DNA from: an uncultured Pseudomonadota bacterium
GTDB taxonomy: Bacteria; Oederibacteriota; Muellerivitia; Muellerivitales; Muellerivitaceae
DNA: 64,000 nucleotides
Assembly: GCA_963836235.1 (NCBI GenBank)
Contig: CAWIIP010000002.1
Coordinates: forward strand, 1 to 64,000
Reading direction: 5' to 3'
Part shown: piece by piece, positions 1 through 10,649 of the stretch
Position numbering within the stretch: position 1 is the first letter of the stretch
How the letters are laid out: each line of letters starts with the position of its first letter
Notes under the pieces: model-generated
Told to the model about the DNA's origin: nothing
The model's input: only the letters and a program-made list of their open reading frames with translations
Database searches by the model: none
Position numbers and translations under genes: made by a program

Positions 1-1406
1 ATCAGCACGCCCGGATGTTGGGCATAAACCACTTCATTGAGTTTTTTGAGAAAGCTGATGGCTTCCATGTTCTCGTTGCCCCCAAACTGGTTTGGTACCC
101 ACTCCCCTTCCTTACGGCTATAGTCCAGGTAAAGCATGGAAGCAACCGCGTCCAACCGCAGCCCGTCCACGTGGTACTCGGAAAGCCAAAAGAGAGCGTT
201 GGACAGGAGAAAGTTCCTTACTTCATTGCGGCCGAAGTTGAAAACATAAGTACCCCAGTCCGGATGCTCCCCCTGCCGGGGATCAAGATGTTCATAAAGG
301 GCCGTTCCGTCGAATCGTCCCAGGGCGAATTCATCCTTCGGAAAATGGGCGGGGACCCAGTCCAGGATGACGCCAATTCCATTTCGATGGAGGGTATCCA
401 CCAGGTATTTGAAGTCGTCCGGCGTGCCAAACCGGGAAGTTGGGGCGAAGTAGGAAGACACTTGATAACCCCAAGATCCCCCAAAGGGATGCTCCATCAC
501 CGGCATAAATTCCACATGGGTAAATCCCATTTCCAAAACGTAATCCGTCAATTGAACCGCCATTTCCCGGTAGGTCAAGGGACGGTTACCCTCTTCTGGA
601 ACCTTACGCCAGGATTCCAGGTGTATCTCATATATGGAAAGGGGTTTACGAAGAGCATCGACTTTTTCCCGACTCTCTATCCAGTCCAAGTCGTTGAATT
701 GGTATCTCGATTTGAAAACAACCGAGGCGGTCAAGGGCGGTTTTTCCGTCGCGAAAGCGTAAGGATCGGCTTTTAAAAGCCGCCGGCCATCGTGAGTTCG
801 TATCTCGAATTTGTAATTCATACCTTCCATGATTTCAGGAATGAAAATTTCCCAAATACCGGAAGCGCCCATGCATCGCATAGGATGCAGCCGCCCATCC
901 CATCCATTGAAGTCTCCCACCACGCTGATACCCTTGGCGCCCGGGGCCCAGACCGCGAAAGAAACACCCTCAACCCCTTGATGGCGGATAAAGTGGGCTC
1001 CCATTTTTTCATGAAGTTTCTCATGGTTTCCCTCGCCTAAAAGGTAGACATCCACTTCCCCCAAAGTCGGCCAAAAGGCATAAGGGTCCCAGTAGCTGAA
1101 TTCCTTTTTGCCCGGATATTCAACCTTGACCCGATAGGGGTTTGCCGCTTTTTCCCCTTCCAACAAGACTTCGAAAAAGCCCGATGGCTGACAGACCACC
1201 AAGGGGACTTCCTCACCCTTGCCTTCCAGTAAGACAGAAACTCCAAGGGCGTCGGGCCGATAAACCCGAATCCTTACCCCTTTTTTCTCGGAACGGATTC
1301 CCAGAATCGAATGGGGGTCCCCGTGGCAAAGGGAAAGTAAATTTTCAAGTTCTTGTTCGGAAATAGAAACTTTCGGGTGGGCGCTTTTTTTCTTCTTCGG
1401 CGGCAT
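1..1406 (-). CDS. glgB: 1,4-alpha-glucan branching enzyme, 5' portion (continues past the left edge)
   Basis: Manual minus-strand translation from ATG 1406: [36 protein letters not shown]...; near 80-180 it reads [27 protein letters not shown], the GH13 GlgB catalytic region. Missing from the ORF track because there is no stop in the window; + ORFs 15..776 and 792..1040 are its antisense shadow. Confidence 0.93.
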   Translation of the reverse strand, partial: [468 protein letters not shown]

Positions 1407-1461
1407 GGTTTTTATCCTAACTAAGGGTTTGAGGTAACACCACCGGATGTAAATGACTTAT

Positions 1462-3931
1462 TTAAGCGACTTCAATATCGTCCGTGTGAAGCGATTTCCG
1501 TAGCTTATCGTTCTCGTCCAACAGAAGGTCCGTTTTCAGGTCCAACATCTCCGAAAGCTCGACCATCTTATCGAACTGCAGTGACTTCCCAGCCGCCTCG
1601 AATACCGCCTCCTGGGACAGGTAAAGGTTATATTCCAACCCCAATTTTTTGGTGAGCTGAACAACCGCGATGGCCGAACGGATGTTTTCGTCGGTTGGTT
1701 TTGCCACGGCGATCTCAACGATCTCGGTGATCAAGTTCCGGAAGGTATGCTCGGCCACGAAGCGGTCGATGCGGTATCCATGCTTGGTAACTTCGTCGGC
1801 GAGGGAAATCAGGTTCCGGTAGGCGTCCGGATCCTTGAACCATTCCCTCTTTTGGATTTCTTCCTCGAAAAGCTTGCCAAAGGTGAATTCCGCAGCGGCA
1901 CGGATTTCCCGCGGCAACTCGAAACCAACGGATTGGAGCATTTCCAGGTTACGACGGTTGTCCTCATAAAGGCGCACATACTGTTCTGAAAAGCGTTCGA
2001 CGAGTGTCCCAAAGACTTCCTTGAAAATTTTCTGGCGGCTTTCGGGAAGCAGTTGCTCGACTCCGAATTCTTCGGGCCCGAATTCTTCCTGCATCAGGCG
2101 AAGAAGCTTAGGAAGCGAAACCAGGTAAAATTGGCCCCAAAGATGCTTGGCGGATTTTTCAAAATTTTCCTGCCGCAAATAGGGGCGAATAGCCCCATAG
2201 AAGTCGATTCCGCCTAGATGCAATCCCGCGAAAGCAAATTGGAAATGCTGGCGGGTCATGGCTTCGCGGAGGGAGACGTGGCCCGTCATGAGGGTAAAAC
2301 GCCCATGCTCCTCTTTGCGTTCATTCTTCATTTCATACAGGAATCCTCCGGCCTCACCCTTTTCGCTTACATGATTGACGAGAGAAGCAATGGCCAAATG
2401 GGCTACGACGCCTTGGGGCGTCACCCGGGTGGGCTCGGCGAAACGGCGGTAAACATCGGCGCCATTGCCATACTCGGGAATATTGCTTTTTGCCTCGGAA
2501 AGAATTTCTAAAAAAGCCGTTTCGGAGGATGCGTGCCCTAACGTTTCCATTAAATCAAAGATGCGGGCAGCGTATTTCAATACCTGGACGGTCTCAATGC
2601 CGGAAATTTCCGTAAAAAACCATCCGCAACTTGTGTACATCAGCATGGCGTTACGCTGGATTTCCAGGAGCGTGAGAGCCTTTACTTGTTCTGGTTCAGA
2701 CAGTTCCCTTCCGGCTTGCTTGTCGAGAAACCTCTTCCTGGGACGCCGCCGGGTCCAGCACCAGTTCAATATATTCATTTCGGGCCGCCCAGGGGTCGAT
2801 GAAAAGTTTTCCCCTTTCCTGCTCAAAATAACCCTGCACCTGGTCCCTCAGGAAATCAAAAGCCTTCCGCAAGGGCCCGCGCCAGGCCTGGTTCCAGCCT
2901 TCTTTTCCGCCGGTTTGGCAGCCGCAATCCCGGTACCAACGGCCCACCCCGTGGGCGCAGCTCCAGGAAGTGCCGTTCCCGTCCGGCCCCGCCTTGATCT
3001 CCGCTTCCCAAGTCGGCGGGATGTTTCTCCAGAAAAGCCGCGTAGTTGGTGACCCAATAGCCGCCTTGGGCCGCTTCGACCTTCAGGGCATAGGCCAGGC
3101 TCCGGTCCCCAAATTTGGTGTGGTGTCCATAACTTTCTCCGTCCGTGGCGGTTTGAACAATCCGTGCCTTCGCCCTTACCCGACCCGCCCGATGCGGTCA
3201 ATGATGGCCTGGCTTGAAATCAGGGCGCCCTCAAAGGCAATCCCCCGGGCGATGCCCATATCATAGAAAAAAACATCGATGAACCTCTTAGAACCGTCCC
3301 GATGGAAATAACGGTAAGCCATGCCCGGATCGATCCGATTATCCGAAACATTCGTCCAGTCCCCCCCGTCCAAGGGCCGAACCCTTTCGGCCTGTTCAGG
3401 TGAAAGGATGACATACCGAAGCTCCTCATCGATCAAAACGGACATGGTCGCGTCATTACAGGCGGTTTCAGGCAGCCATAAGGACTCAGGTTGCCTTTTG
3501 AAGCGATACTTGAAATCGGCGATGCCCCATTTGACCTGGGTCACTCGATCCGCGTCATTGCAAAGCGGAAGAATAGTATGGTTATAGCCTTGCGCGATGG
3601 CGTTTCCATGGCCGCTGTTCTTCTTCATGCTTTTTTTGTCGGCTTCAAGAACTTTCTCGTAGGTCCCCGGATGGTACTTTTCCATCCAGGAAAGAAGGGT
3701 GGCCCCAAAATTAAAACTCATGGATTCGTAATTATTGATAATGCTTTCGATACGGCCGCTTTTCAGGTCAAAAACCCGGGCAAAGGCGTTGGGGCGGTAG
3801 GATTCGTAATAAACTCGGTCGTTCCAATTGGGAAAGGGCTGGGCGCTGGGCTGGTCGTCAATAACCCCGGTCCAGGGATTTTCCCGGGGAGGTTGATAGA
3901 AATGTCCATGGATAACAAGTGCGGTTGACAT
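1462..3931 (-). pseudogene. GH57-family / DUF3536 glycoside hydrolase, split by several +1 frameshifts (likely sequence errors)
   Basis: Motifs IHGHFYQPPRENPW, YNHTILPL, WLPETA (3176..3949 ORF), ATDGESYGHH (a third frame near 3120-3150), WSCAHGVGRW..DCGC, WNQAWRGPLR and MYTSCGWFF (1462..2826 ORF) are collinear but lie in different frames; shifts near 3180-3165, 3015 and 2731. Confidence 0.85.
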
Positions 3932-4003
3932 AAAACCTCGGCGTTTCAACGACTTCTTGAAAAGGCAGCTAGATTTTAATGTAAAAAGGCCGTCGAAGGT
4001 AAC

Positions 4004-5518
4004 TTAACTTTGAGCCCTGTTCGGAACCAGCCATAGGCGTCCAAATCTTCGGATACTGACGTGGTAGTTCTTCAATATTTCCTCTACGACTAAATCCGGT
4101 AAAAGATATTGGCGTGGGATATCGTATAGTTCGATAGTGGAGTATTTTTTCGCCCTGATTTCTTCCAAAAGCGGTTCGGCGCTCCAAAGTCCTTTGGCCA
4201 CCATCGCTGTATATTCCCCAGGTTGGACCCAAATCCGTTTCCCAGCCATGAGGGGCAAATCCAAATCGAGGGCTAAATGTTCCCCGGGTTTAGCGTAAAT
4301 TTCAACGGCGGCGTCATATTTCATATTAATTTCGGGGCCCGAAGGAAGATTAGGCCATCTCATATGGGACAAAGAAGCGTAAAGAGCCCCTAAAAGTAAA
4401 TAACAAAACAATGTTATCGGGATGGATGTCCTGAAACTCCTAAACCCTTTCGAATCTTCCCGGGCAGGAGCGACAAGCCCCTCGCCAATGAAAAAAATGC
4501 CGTAAAGCAGGAACTCCATGAAATAGTTTTCTGCGCTCATGGCCCGGGCCAGGAGCAAAAGGGACAAAAACGAAAAAAACACCTGCAATAGGAGCAACCG
4601 GACGGGACGCTTAAAGCACAAAAGCAGGGCCGCAATCGCCAAAAGCACACCCCCCTCCTTCAAAAAAAGATGAAAAAGGTAATAACCCAAGTTTTCCCCG
4701 TTGATCCCTGTGTCAAGCCAAAGGAATATGTGCTTTAAAAAGGCTCCCCCACTTTTCCAATCCTCGAAATAAAACACGGCCCCCGTGGGCAGAAGGCTAA
4801 AAAAAAGGAATATGAAAATTTTTTTCCATTGCCGCTTTGATAGGCAATAAATCCCATAAACCAAAGGTAAGGTGAGAGCGTTTTGTTTTGTCAAAATGGC
4901 AAAAGCCGCCAAAATTCCCGCCAGTGGGATAAGCCATGCCCTCCGATAATTCCCTGACCCATCCTTGGCATCCTGAAGATCATCCCCATAAAGCAATAAG
5001 AAGGCGGAGAAATGTAGCAGAAGGTAAAAAGCATCGCACCTGTCCATGGTTCCCCAAAGGGCCCATGTGGGAAAAAGGCCAAAGAGGCTTGATAGAAGCA
5101 GGGCCAAAGGCCAGCCCCAACGCCCTTTACCCCAAAAGAAAATCAACGACCCGCATCCTAAATAGCCCGTGAAAGCCAAAAGCCTTCCTGGTAGCCAGAT
5201 GTTTTGGGTGAACTTCATCAATAAGGATTGAAGCCAGGGGTAAAGGGGAGGATAAGCGGAATAAAGGTAGGGGGCTTGGGAAGGGTCGTGGTAAAGACTT
5301 TGGCCTCGCAGTAACGTCAACGCGAATTCGACATTGATCGCTTCGCCCTGGCCGACTTGGAGTGGAAATTTCACCCTCATCAGGAGAAGCGGAAGTCCCA
5401 GAAGAAAGGAAGCAAAGGCGAAACCGGCCAGAATTTTGAAGGAGATCCCGTTCAAATTAAAAAACTTGTCCAAGCCTGAGAATCGACTGGGAAGGGTATT
5501 TGGCTGGTTAGCCAACAA
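4004..5518 (-). CDS. Multi-pass membrane protein, GT-C (ArnT/PMT-like) glycosyltransferase family
   Basis: About 11-12 hydrophobic segments; G-E near TM1, G..LY..P...PY..S.YPPLY, GRLL, and LTKQ motifs typical of GT-C proteins; TTG start overlaps the cysN stop. Confidence 0.6.
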   Translation of the reverse strand: MLANQPNTLPSRFSGLDKFFNLNGISFKILAGFAFASFLLGLPLLLMRVKFPLQVGQGEAINVEFALTLLRGQSLYHDPSQAPYLYSAYPPLYPWLQSLLMKFTQNIWLPGRLLAFTGYLGCGSLIFFWGKGRWGWPLALLLSSLFGLFPTWALWGTMDRCDAFYLLLHFSAFLLLYGDDLQDAKDGSGNYRRAWLIPLAGILAAFAILTKQNALTLPLVYGIYCLSKRQWKKIFIFLFFSLLPTGAVFYFEDWKSGGAFLKHIFLWLDTGINGENLGYYLFHLFLKEGGVLLAIAALLLCFKRPVRLLLLQVFFSFLSLLLLARAMSAENYFMEFLLYGIFFIGEGLVAPAREDSKGFRSFRTSIPITLFCYLLLGALYASLSHMRWPNLPSGPEINMKYDAAVEIYAKPGEHLALDLDLPLMAGKRIWVQPGEYTAMVAKGLWSAEPLLEEIRAKKYSTIELYDIPRQYLLPDLVVEEILKNYHVSIRRFGRLWLVPNRAQS

Positions 5519-6800
5519 TCATTCCCGCGGCGACCGTATTGTTGTTGAGTTCGTCGATCAGAATAAAGCTTCCAGTCGTCCGATTTTGCGCGTAGAAATC
5601 GAAACAAATAGGCTTGAGCGTTTGGATTTCCACCCGCGCGATATCGTTCAAATTCAATTGCTGGGCGGAATTTTTATCCAGCGTCTTCATGTCCCTAACC
5701 CACAGAATATTGGACACCACGGCTTTGACTTCCCCCGTTGCCAGTTTCAGGACGTATTTCTTCTTCAAAACCAATGGCTCCTTTACCATCCAGCAAAGAT
5801 GGGCATGAAACTGCTTATCGCATTTAGGTTCGTTATCAGGAATCGCTAGCATATCGCCCCGGGAAATGTCGATTTCATCGTTGAGCCGCAGGGTAACGCT
5901 CATGGGCGGATAGGCTTCATCCAATTCGCCTTCAAAAGAATCAATAGACCTAATCGTGGAAGTGGCCCCCGAAGGCAATGAGATTACCTTTTGGCCCTTC
6001 CGAACGATGCCCGAGGCGATTTTCCCTGAAAATCCTCGGTAATCCAGATTAGGCCGCAGTACCAATTGGACGGGAAACCTAAAATCATCGAAGTTCCTGT
6101 CTTTGGCGATTTCGACCGTTTCCAGGTGTTCTAATAACGAAGGTCCCTTGTACCAGGGCATAGCCGGGCTTTTCACGGTGACGTTGTCGCCCTTGAGGGC
6201 CGACATGGGAATAAAAACGACGTCCTTTAAGACAGGCCGCGAGGGATGCTCATCCGAAAGCTTTTGGAAGAAAGCCTCGTAATCCTTTTTTATTTTTTCA
6301 TAAACGTCTTCTTTAAAATCCATCAGGTCCATTTTATTGACGGCTACGACGATGTGGGGAATGCCCAATAGCTTCGCGATATAGCCATGCCGCTTGGACT
6401 GGACCATAACCCCATTGCGGGCGTCGATAAGAATGATGGCTAGGTCCGCCGTGGAAGCCCCGGTGACCATATTTCGGGTGTACTGTTCGTGACCCGGCGT
6501 GTCGGCGATGATGAACTTGCGCTTGGAGGTGGCGAAGTAGCGATAGGCAACGTCAATGGTGATGCCCTGTTCCCGTTCGGCGGATAGCCCGTCAGTGATC
6601 AGGGCGAAATCAATGTCTTCCCCACCCTTCTTTTGGGTGGTTTTGCGGATGGCTTCCAACTGGTCTTCAAAGACGCCCTTAGAGTCGAAAAGAAGGCGGC
6701 CGATCAGGGTGGACTTACCGTCATCCACGCTCCCAGCGGTCGAAAAGCGGAGCATGTCCATTTTTTCGTAATTGAGAAGGGTTTTGGCGTCCAGGCTCAA
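5508..6800 (-). CDS. cysN: Sulfate adenylyltransferase subunit 1 (GTPase), no fused APS kinase
   Basis: TAGSVDDGKSTLIGRLL, AEREQGITIDVAYRYF, DTPGHEQYTRNM, NKMD; ends TVAAGMI. Confidence 0.97.
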   Translation of the reverse strand: MSLDAKTLLNYEKMDMLRFSTAGSVDDGKSTLIGRLLFDSKGVFEDQLEAIRKTTQKKGGEDIDFALITDGLSAEREQGITIDVAYRYFATSKRKFIIADTPGHEQYTRNMVTGASTADLAIILIDARNGVMVQSKRHGYIAKLLGIPHIVVAVNKMDLMDFKEDVYEKIKKDYEAFFQKLSDEHPSRPVLKDVVFIPMSALKGDNVTVKSPAMPWYKGPSLLEHLETVEIAKDRNFDDFRFPVQLVLRPNLDYRGFSGKIASGIVRKGQKVISLPSGATSTIRSIDSFEGELDEAYPPMSVTLRLNDEIDISRGDMLAIPDNEPKCDKQFHAHLCWMVKEPLVLKKKYVLKLATGEVKAVVSNILWVRDMKTLDKNSAQQLNLNDIARVEIQTLKPICFDFYAQNRTTGSFILIDELNNNTVAAGMIVG

Positions 6801-7721
6801 AAGTAGCCTTCCTTCTTTTTTTGTTCCATTGAGCTGTCCGACCCGTGGTCGATGATGCGGTTTTCCCTCTCGCTTTTGCGGGTGGTGATCAAGTCTTCGA
6901 TGATGCCCCTCAAGTCATGCACCTCTTTCGTCGACTCGATAGCGCCCGTACAGGACATACAGCCTAGTGAACGGAACCGGACCCTCATATCCTTTACCTC
7001 GTCCTCGGGCAAAACGGGGATATGGGAAACCCAGGGGATAAGAAGGTTCTTGCGCTTGATGATCTTGCGGGTATGGGTGAAATAAATAGGAACAACTGGG
7101 ATTTTTTCCATTTCGATGTAAAGCCAGATATCCAATTCCGTCCAGTTGGAAAGGGGAAAAACCCGGATGGATTCGCCCTCGTTCACTTTGGAGTTATAGA
7201 GGTCCCACAACTCAGGCCGCTGGTTCTTGGGGTCCCACTGCCCGAAGGAATCCCGGAAGGAATAAACCCTCTCCTTCGCCCGGGATTTCTCCTCCTCCCG
7301 CCGCGCTCCGCCGAAGGCCGCGTCATAGCCGTATTTGTTAAGTGCGTCCAAGAGCCCCTGGGTCTTCAGCAAACCACAGCATTTCTGTACCCCATACTTG
7401 AAGGGGCTGGAACCATCCGCGATGGCCGCTTCATTGCGCTCGACCAAAAGCTTAGCTCCGATATCCTGGATAAACTTGTCCCGGAACTCGTACATTTCAG
7501 GGAATTTATAGCCGGTATCCACATGCAAGAGGGGGAAAGGGAATTTTGCCGGGGTGAAAGGCCTTTTGGGCTAGGCGGACCATACAGCTGGAATCCTTGC
7601 CCACGGAATAAAGCATCACCGGGTTTTTAAACTCCGCCGCCACTTCCCGGATAATAAAGATACTTTCGGCTTCAAGTTGCTTGAGGTGGGATAGGGTTTT
7701 AGGTTCGGTTGTGGTCGCCAT
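6797..7721 (-). CDS. cysD: Sulfate adenylyltransferase subunit 2, with a single +1 frameshift in a homopolymer near 7531-7535
   Basis: N-part [29 protein letters not shown] (7506..7721) and C-part HVDTGYKF...[15 protein letters not shown]...KKKEGYF (6797..7528); removing one base from the G5 run restores [12 protein letters not shown]. Confidence 0.93.
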
Positions 7722-7838
7722 GGGTTCTCGCTTTTTACATTCAGGGCATTATTCGGGCTTTAAGCGGCCAAAATCCAGGCTGGCGCGCGAAAGCTAAACA
7801 AAATTACACTTTTTCGGGTTTTTACTCAATCCAAAAGG

Positions 7839-8879
7839 CTAAAGCGGAAACACGTGGAAAGCCGTGATGGCCGCGTAAACATCCTGCCCTTCCTTGAACC
7901 CGCTGGCCAATGCGACCCCCTTAGGAACTTGGGCGGATATTTTTTTGTCTTCACCAATATCAAGCTGATATTCAAGCACCGTCCCCTTGAACCGGGTTTT
8001 AGCGATCTTAGCCCTTACCTGCAGAGTCTCGAACTGGGCGGTCATGTAGACATCGTTGGGACGGAAGTAGATCCTGATCTTTTGCTTCACCGCCAGGGCG
8101 GGACTAACGGGAAAGCGGAAAGGCCCCCATATGGCCAAGCCCTTTTCGGCCACTTCGGTATCGATAAAATTAGTCTCCCCCACAAACTGGGCGATGAAAT
8201 GGGTCGCGGGCTTGTCGAATATCTCAATCGGCGTCCCGTCCTGCTCGATTTCTCCGTGGTTCATGATAAGGATCCGGCTGGCGACTTCCATGGCTTCCTG
8301 CTGGTCATGGGTCACGAAGAGGGTGGTCACGTTGGTTTCTTCGTGAAGCTTCAATATCCATTCCCTTAATTCTTCCCTAACCTTGGCGTCCAAGGCCCCG
8401 AAAGGCTCGTCTAATAAAAGAACTTCGGGCCGGGGTGCCAGGGACCGGGCCACCGCCACCCGCTGGCGTTGCCCTCCCGAAAGCTGGGAGGGATAGCGCT
8501 TTTCATAACCGTTCAACTGGATCAAGCTCAAAAGCTCATAAACCCGGTCTTTGATTTCTTTCTCGCCCTGTTTTCTCACCCTAAGTCCGAAGGCGATATT
8601 CTCGAAAACCGTCATGTGCTTGAAAAGGGCGTAATGTTGGAAAACAAACCCGACATTGCGTTCTTTGGCAGAGGCGTAGGTGGCTTCCCTCCCGGTCAGG
8701 TGAATCTCGCCCGAGTCCGGGATTTCCAACCCGGCGATCATCCGAAGCAGGGTGCTCTTGCCTGAGCCCGATGGGCCCAGAAGCGCCGTCAGCGAACCTG
8801 TTTCCAACTTGGCATTCACCTTCTGGACGGCCTTGAATCCGTTGAAGGTCTTACTGAGGTCGCGGACTTCGATACTCAT
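7839..8879 (-). CDS. cysA: Sulfate ABC transporter ATP-binding protein
   Basis: GPSGSGKST, FVFQHYALFKHMTV, LSGGQRQR, LLLDEPFGALDAKVR; operon context. Confidence 0.95.
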   Translation of the reverse strand: MSIEVRDLSKTFNGFKAVQKVNAKLETGSLTALLGPSGSGKSTLLRMIAGLEIPDSGEIHLTGREATYASAKERNVGFVFQHYALFKHMTVFENIAFGLRVRKQGEKEIKDRVYELLSLIQLNGYEKRYPSQLSGGQRQRVAVARSLAPRPEVLLLDEPFGALDAKVREELREWILKLHEETNVTTLFVTHDQQEAMEVASRILIMNHGEIEQDGTPIEIFDKPATHFIAQFVGETNFIDTEVAEKGLAIWGPFRFPVSPALAVKQKIRIYFRPNDVYMTAQFETLQVRAKIAKTRFKGTVLEYQLDIGEDKKISAQVPKGVALASGFKEGQDVYAAITAFHVFPL

Positions 8880-9784
8880 GCGGGCTCGCTTTCCAAGGTG
8901 GTGTGCACCACATCCTTCTCCCGTTCATACCTGGCGCTTATGATGCTTTTGGCGATCAAGGTCAATATCGCCAGGAAAGTCAAAAGGGACGCCACGGCAA
9001 AAGCGGCGGTGAAATTATAGTCGTTGTAGAGAATCTCCACATGAAGGGGCAGGGTGTTGGTCAGGCCCCGGATATGCCCCGAAACCACGGATACGGCCCC
9101 GAATTCCCCCATCGCCCGGGCGTTGCAAAGGATGATCCCGTAAAGAAGCCCCCACTGGATGTTCGGCAGGGTGACCCGCCAGAACATCTGCGTGGCCGAT
9201 GCTCCCAGCACCATGGCCGCCTCCTCTTCCTCCGAACCCTGTTCCTGCATGAGGGGAATCAGCTCCCGTGAGACAAAAGGAAAGGTCACAAAAAGCGTGG
9301 CTAAGATGATGCCCGGAGTGGCGAAAATAATTTGGAGGTTGTGGTCCCTCAGCCAATGGCCCCAAAGCCCCTGAAGCCCGAACAGAAGGACGTAAATCAA
9401 ACCCGACACCACGGGTGAAACCGTAAAGGGCAGATCAATGAGGGTAATGAGAAGGTTCTTCCCAGGAAAACGGAATTTGGTGATGGCCCAGGCCGAAGCT
9501 AGTCCGAAGATGGAATTGAAAAGCACCGAAAAGAAAGCGGTCAGAAGCGTAAGCCGGATGGCCGATAAGGCCTCGGGATCCCGGATAGCATCGAAATAAT
9601 AAGCGGTTCCCTTATCCAGAGCCGAAGTGAATACCTCGGCCAGAGGTATTAATAAGAACAAGGCAATGAAAAGAAGGGCAATGGCCATAAGGCCCCAGCG
9701 GACCCAACGGGGCTCGGTCAGATTGCGCGCCTGCCCTCCCAAGTCGGCGGCTTTCAGGCTGATAATAAGGGTTTCTTTGGCCAT
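8876..9784 (-). CDS. cysW: Sulfate ABC transporter permease CysW
   Basis: LIDLPFTVSPVVSGL, EEEEAAMVLGA, LCNARAMGEFGAVSVVSGHIRGLTNTLPLHVEILYN. Confidence 0.96.
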   Translation of the reverse strand: MAKETLIISLKAADLGGQARNLTEPRWVRWGLMAIALLFIALFLLIPLAEVFTSALDKGTAYYFDAIRDPEALSAIRLTLLTAFFSVLFNSIFGLASAWAITKFRFPGKNLLITLIDLPFTVSPVVSGLIYVLLFGLQGLWGHWLRDHNLQIIFATPGIILATLFVTFPFVSRELIPLMQEQGSEEEEAAMVLGASATQMFWRVTLPNIQWGLLYGIILCNARAMGEFGAVSVVSGHIRGLTNTLPLHVEILYNDYNFTAAFAVASLLTFLAILTLIAKSIISARYEREKDVVHTTLESEPA

Positions 9785-9791
9785 TATTTCC

Positions 9792-10619
9792 TCAATGAAT
9801 CCGGTGCATTCCCGTGCGGGACTGCAGCCAGTTAATGGTTAAAAGAAGGACGAAGGAAATCACCAGCATCACCACCCCCAGGGAAGTGGCACCGGGGTAA
9901 TCATATTGTTCCAATTTGGTGATGATGAGCAGGGGCGTAATTTCGGTATGCATCGGCATATTGCCGGCGATAAAAACAACCGACCCGTATTCGCCGACCG
10001 CCCGGGCAAAAGCCAGCGAAAAGCCCGTGATCCAAGCGGGTATTAGGGTAGGAAGAACAACCCGGGTGACGGTATACCAGCGGCCCGCGCCGAGGCTCAC
10101 CGCCGCCTTTTCCAATTCAGGATCAAGCGATTCTAAGACCGGCTGAAGAGTCCGCACCACAAAAGGCAATCCGATGAAGGTCAGGGCCACCACGATACCC
10201 AGGGGCGTATAGGCCACCTTGATCCCTAGGGGCTCTAACCGGCTCCCAATCCATCCGTTTGGCGCATAGAGGGCCGTCAGGGTAATGCCCGCCACGGCCG
10301 TCGGCAGGGCAAAAGGAAGGTCCACCATGGCATCAATTATTTTTTTTCCGGGAAACTCGTAACGTACCAAAACCCAAGCCACAATGACCCCGAAAACGGA
10401 ATTGATAGCCGCCGCAATCAAGGAAGCACCAAAGGTCAGCTTATAGGAAGCAACAACCCTCGGTTGGGTCACGCCTTGGATAAATTCAGCCCAGGTAAGC
10501 GAAGTCGTCTTGAGAATGAGGGCCGCTAGGGGAATCAGGACGATCAGGCTCAAATAGGTCAGGGTGAAGCCCATGGTCAGGCCAAAGCCCGGCAAGACGC
10601 CTACCGACTTAATCCTCAT
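9792..10619 (-). CDS. cysT: Sulfate ABC transporter permease CysT
   Basis: VLPGFGLTMGFT, DLPFALPTAVAGI, ARAVGEYGSVVFIAGNMP, KLEQYDY. Confidence 0.96.
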   Translation of the reverse strand: MRIKSVGVLPGFGLTMGFTLTYLSLIVLIPLAALILKTTSLTWAEFIQGVTQPRVVASYKLTFGASLIAAAINSVFGVIVAWVLVRYEFPGKKIIDAMVDLPFALPTAVAGITLTALYAPNGWIGSRLEPLGIKVAYTPLGIVVALTFIGLPFVVRTLQPVLESLDPELEKAAVSLGAGRWYTVTRVVLPTLIPAWITGFSLAFARAVGEYGSVVFIAGNMPMHTEITPLLIITKLEQYDYPGATSLGVVMLVISFVLLLTINWLQSRTGMHRIH

Positions 10620-10649
10620 ACCCTTCCCCCTGTTTTTGGTGGCAACAGT

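Noticed and set aside
15-1366. + strand ORFs 15..776, 792..1040, 1142..1366 and short - strand ORFs
   Set aside because: Antisense or off-frame shadows of glgB, which occupies the minus strand from 1406 to the window edge.
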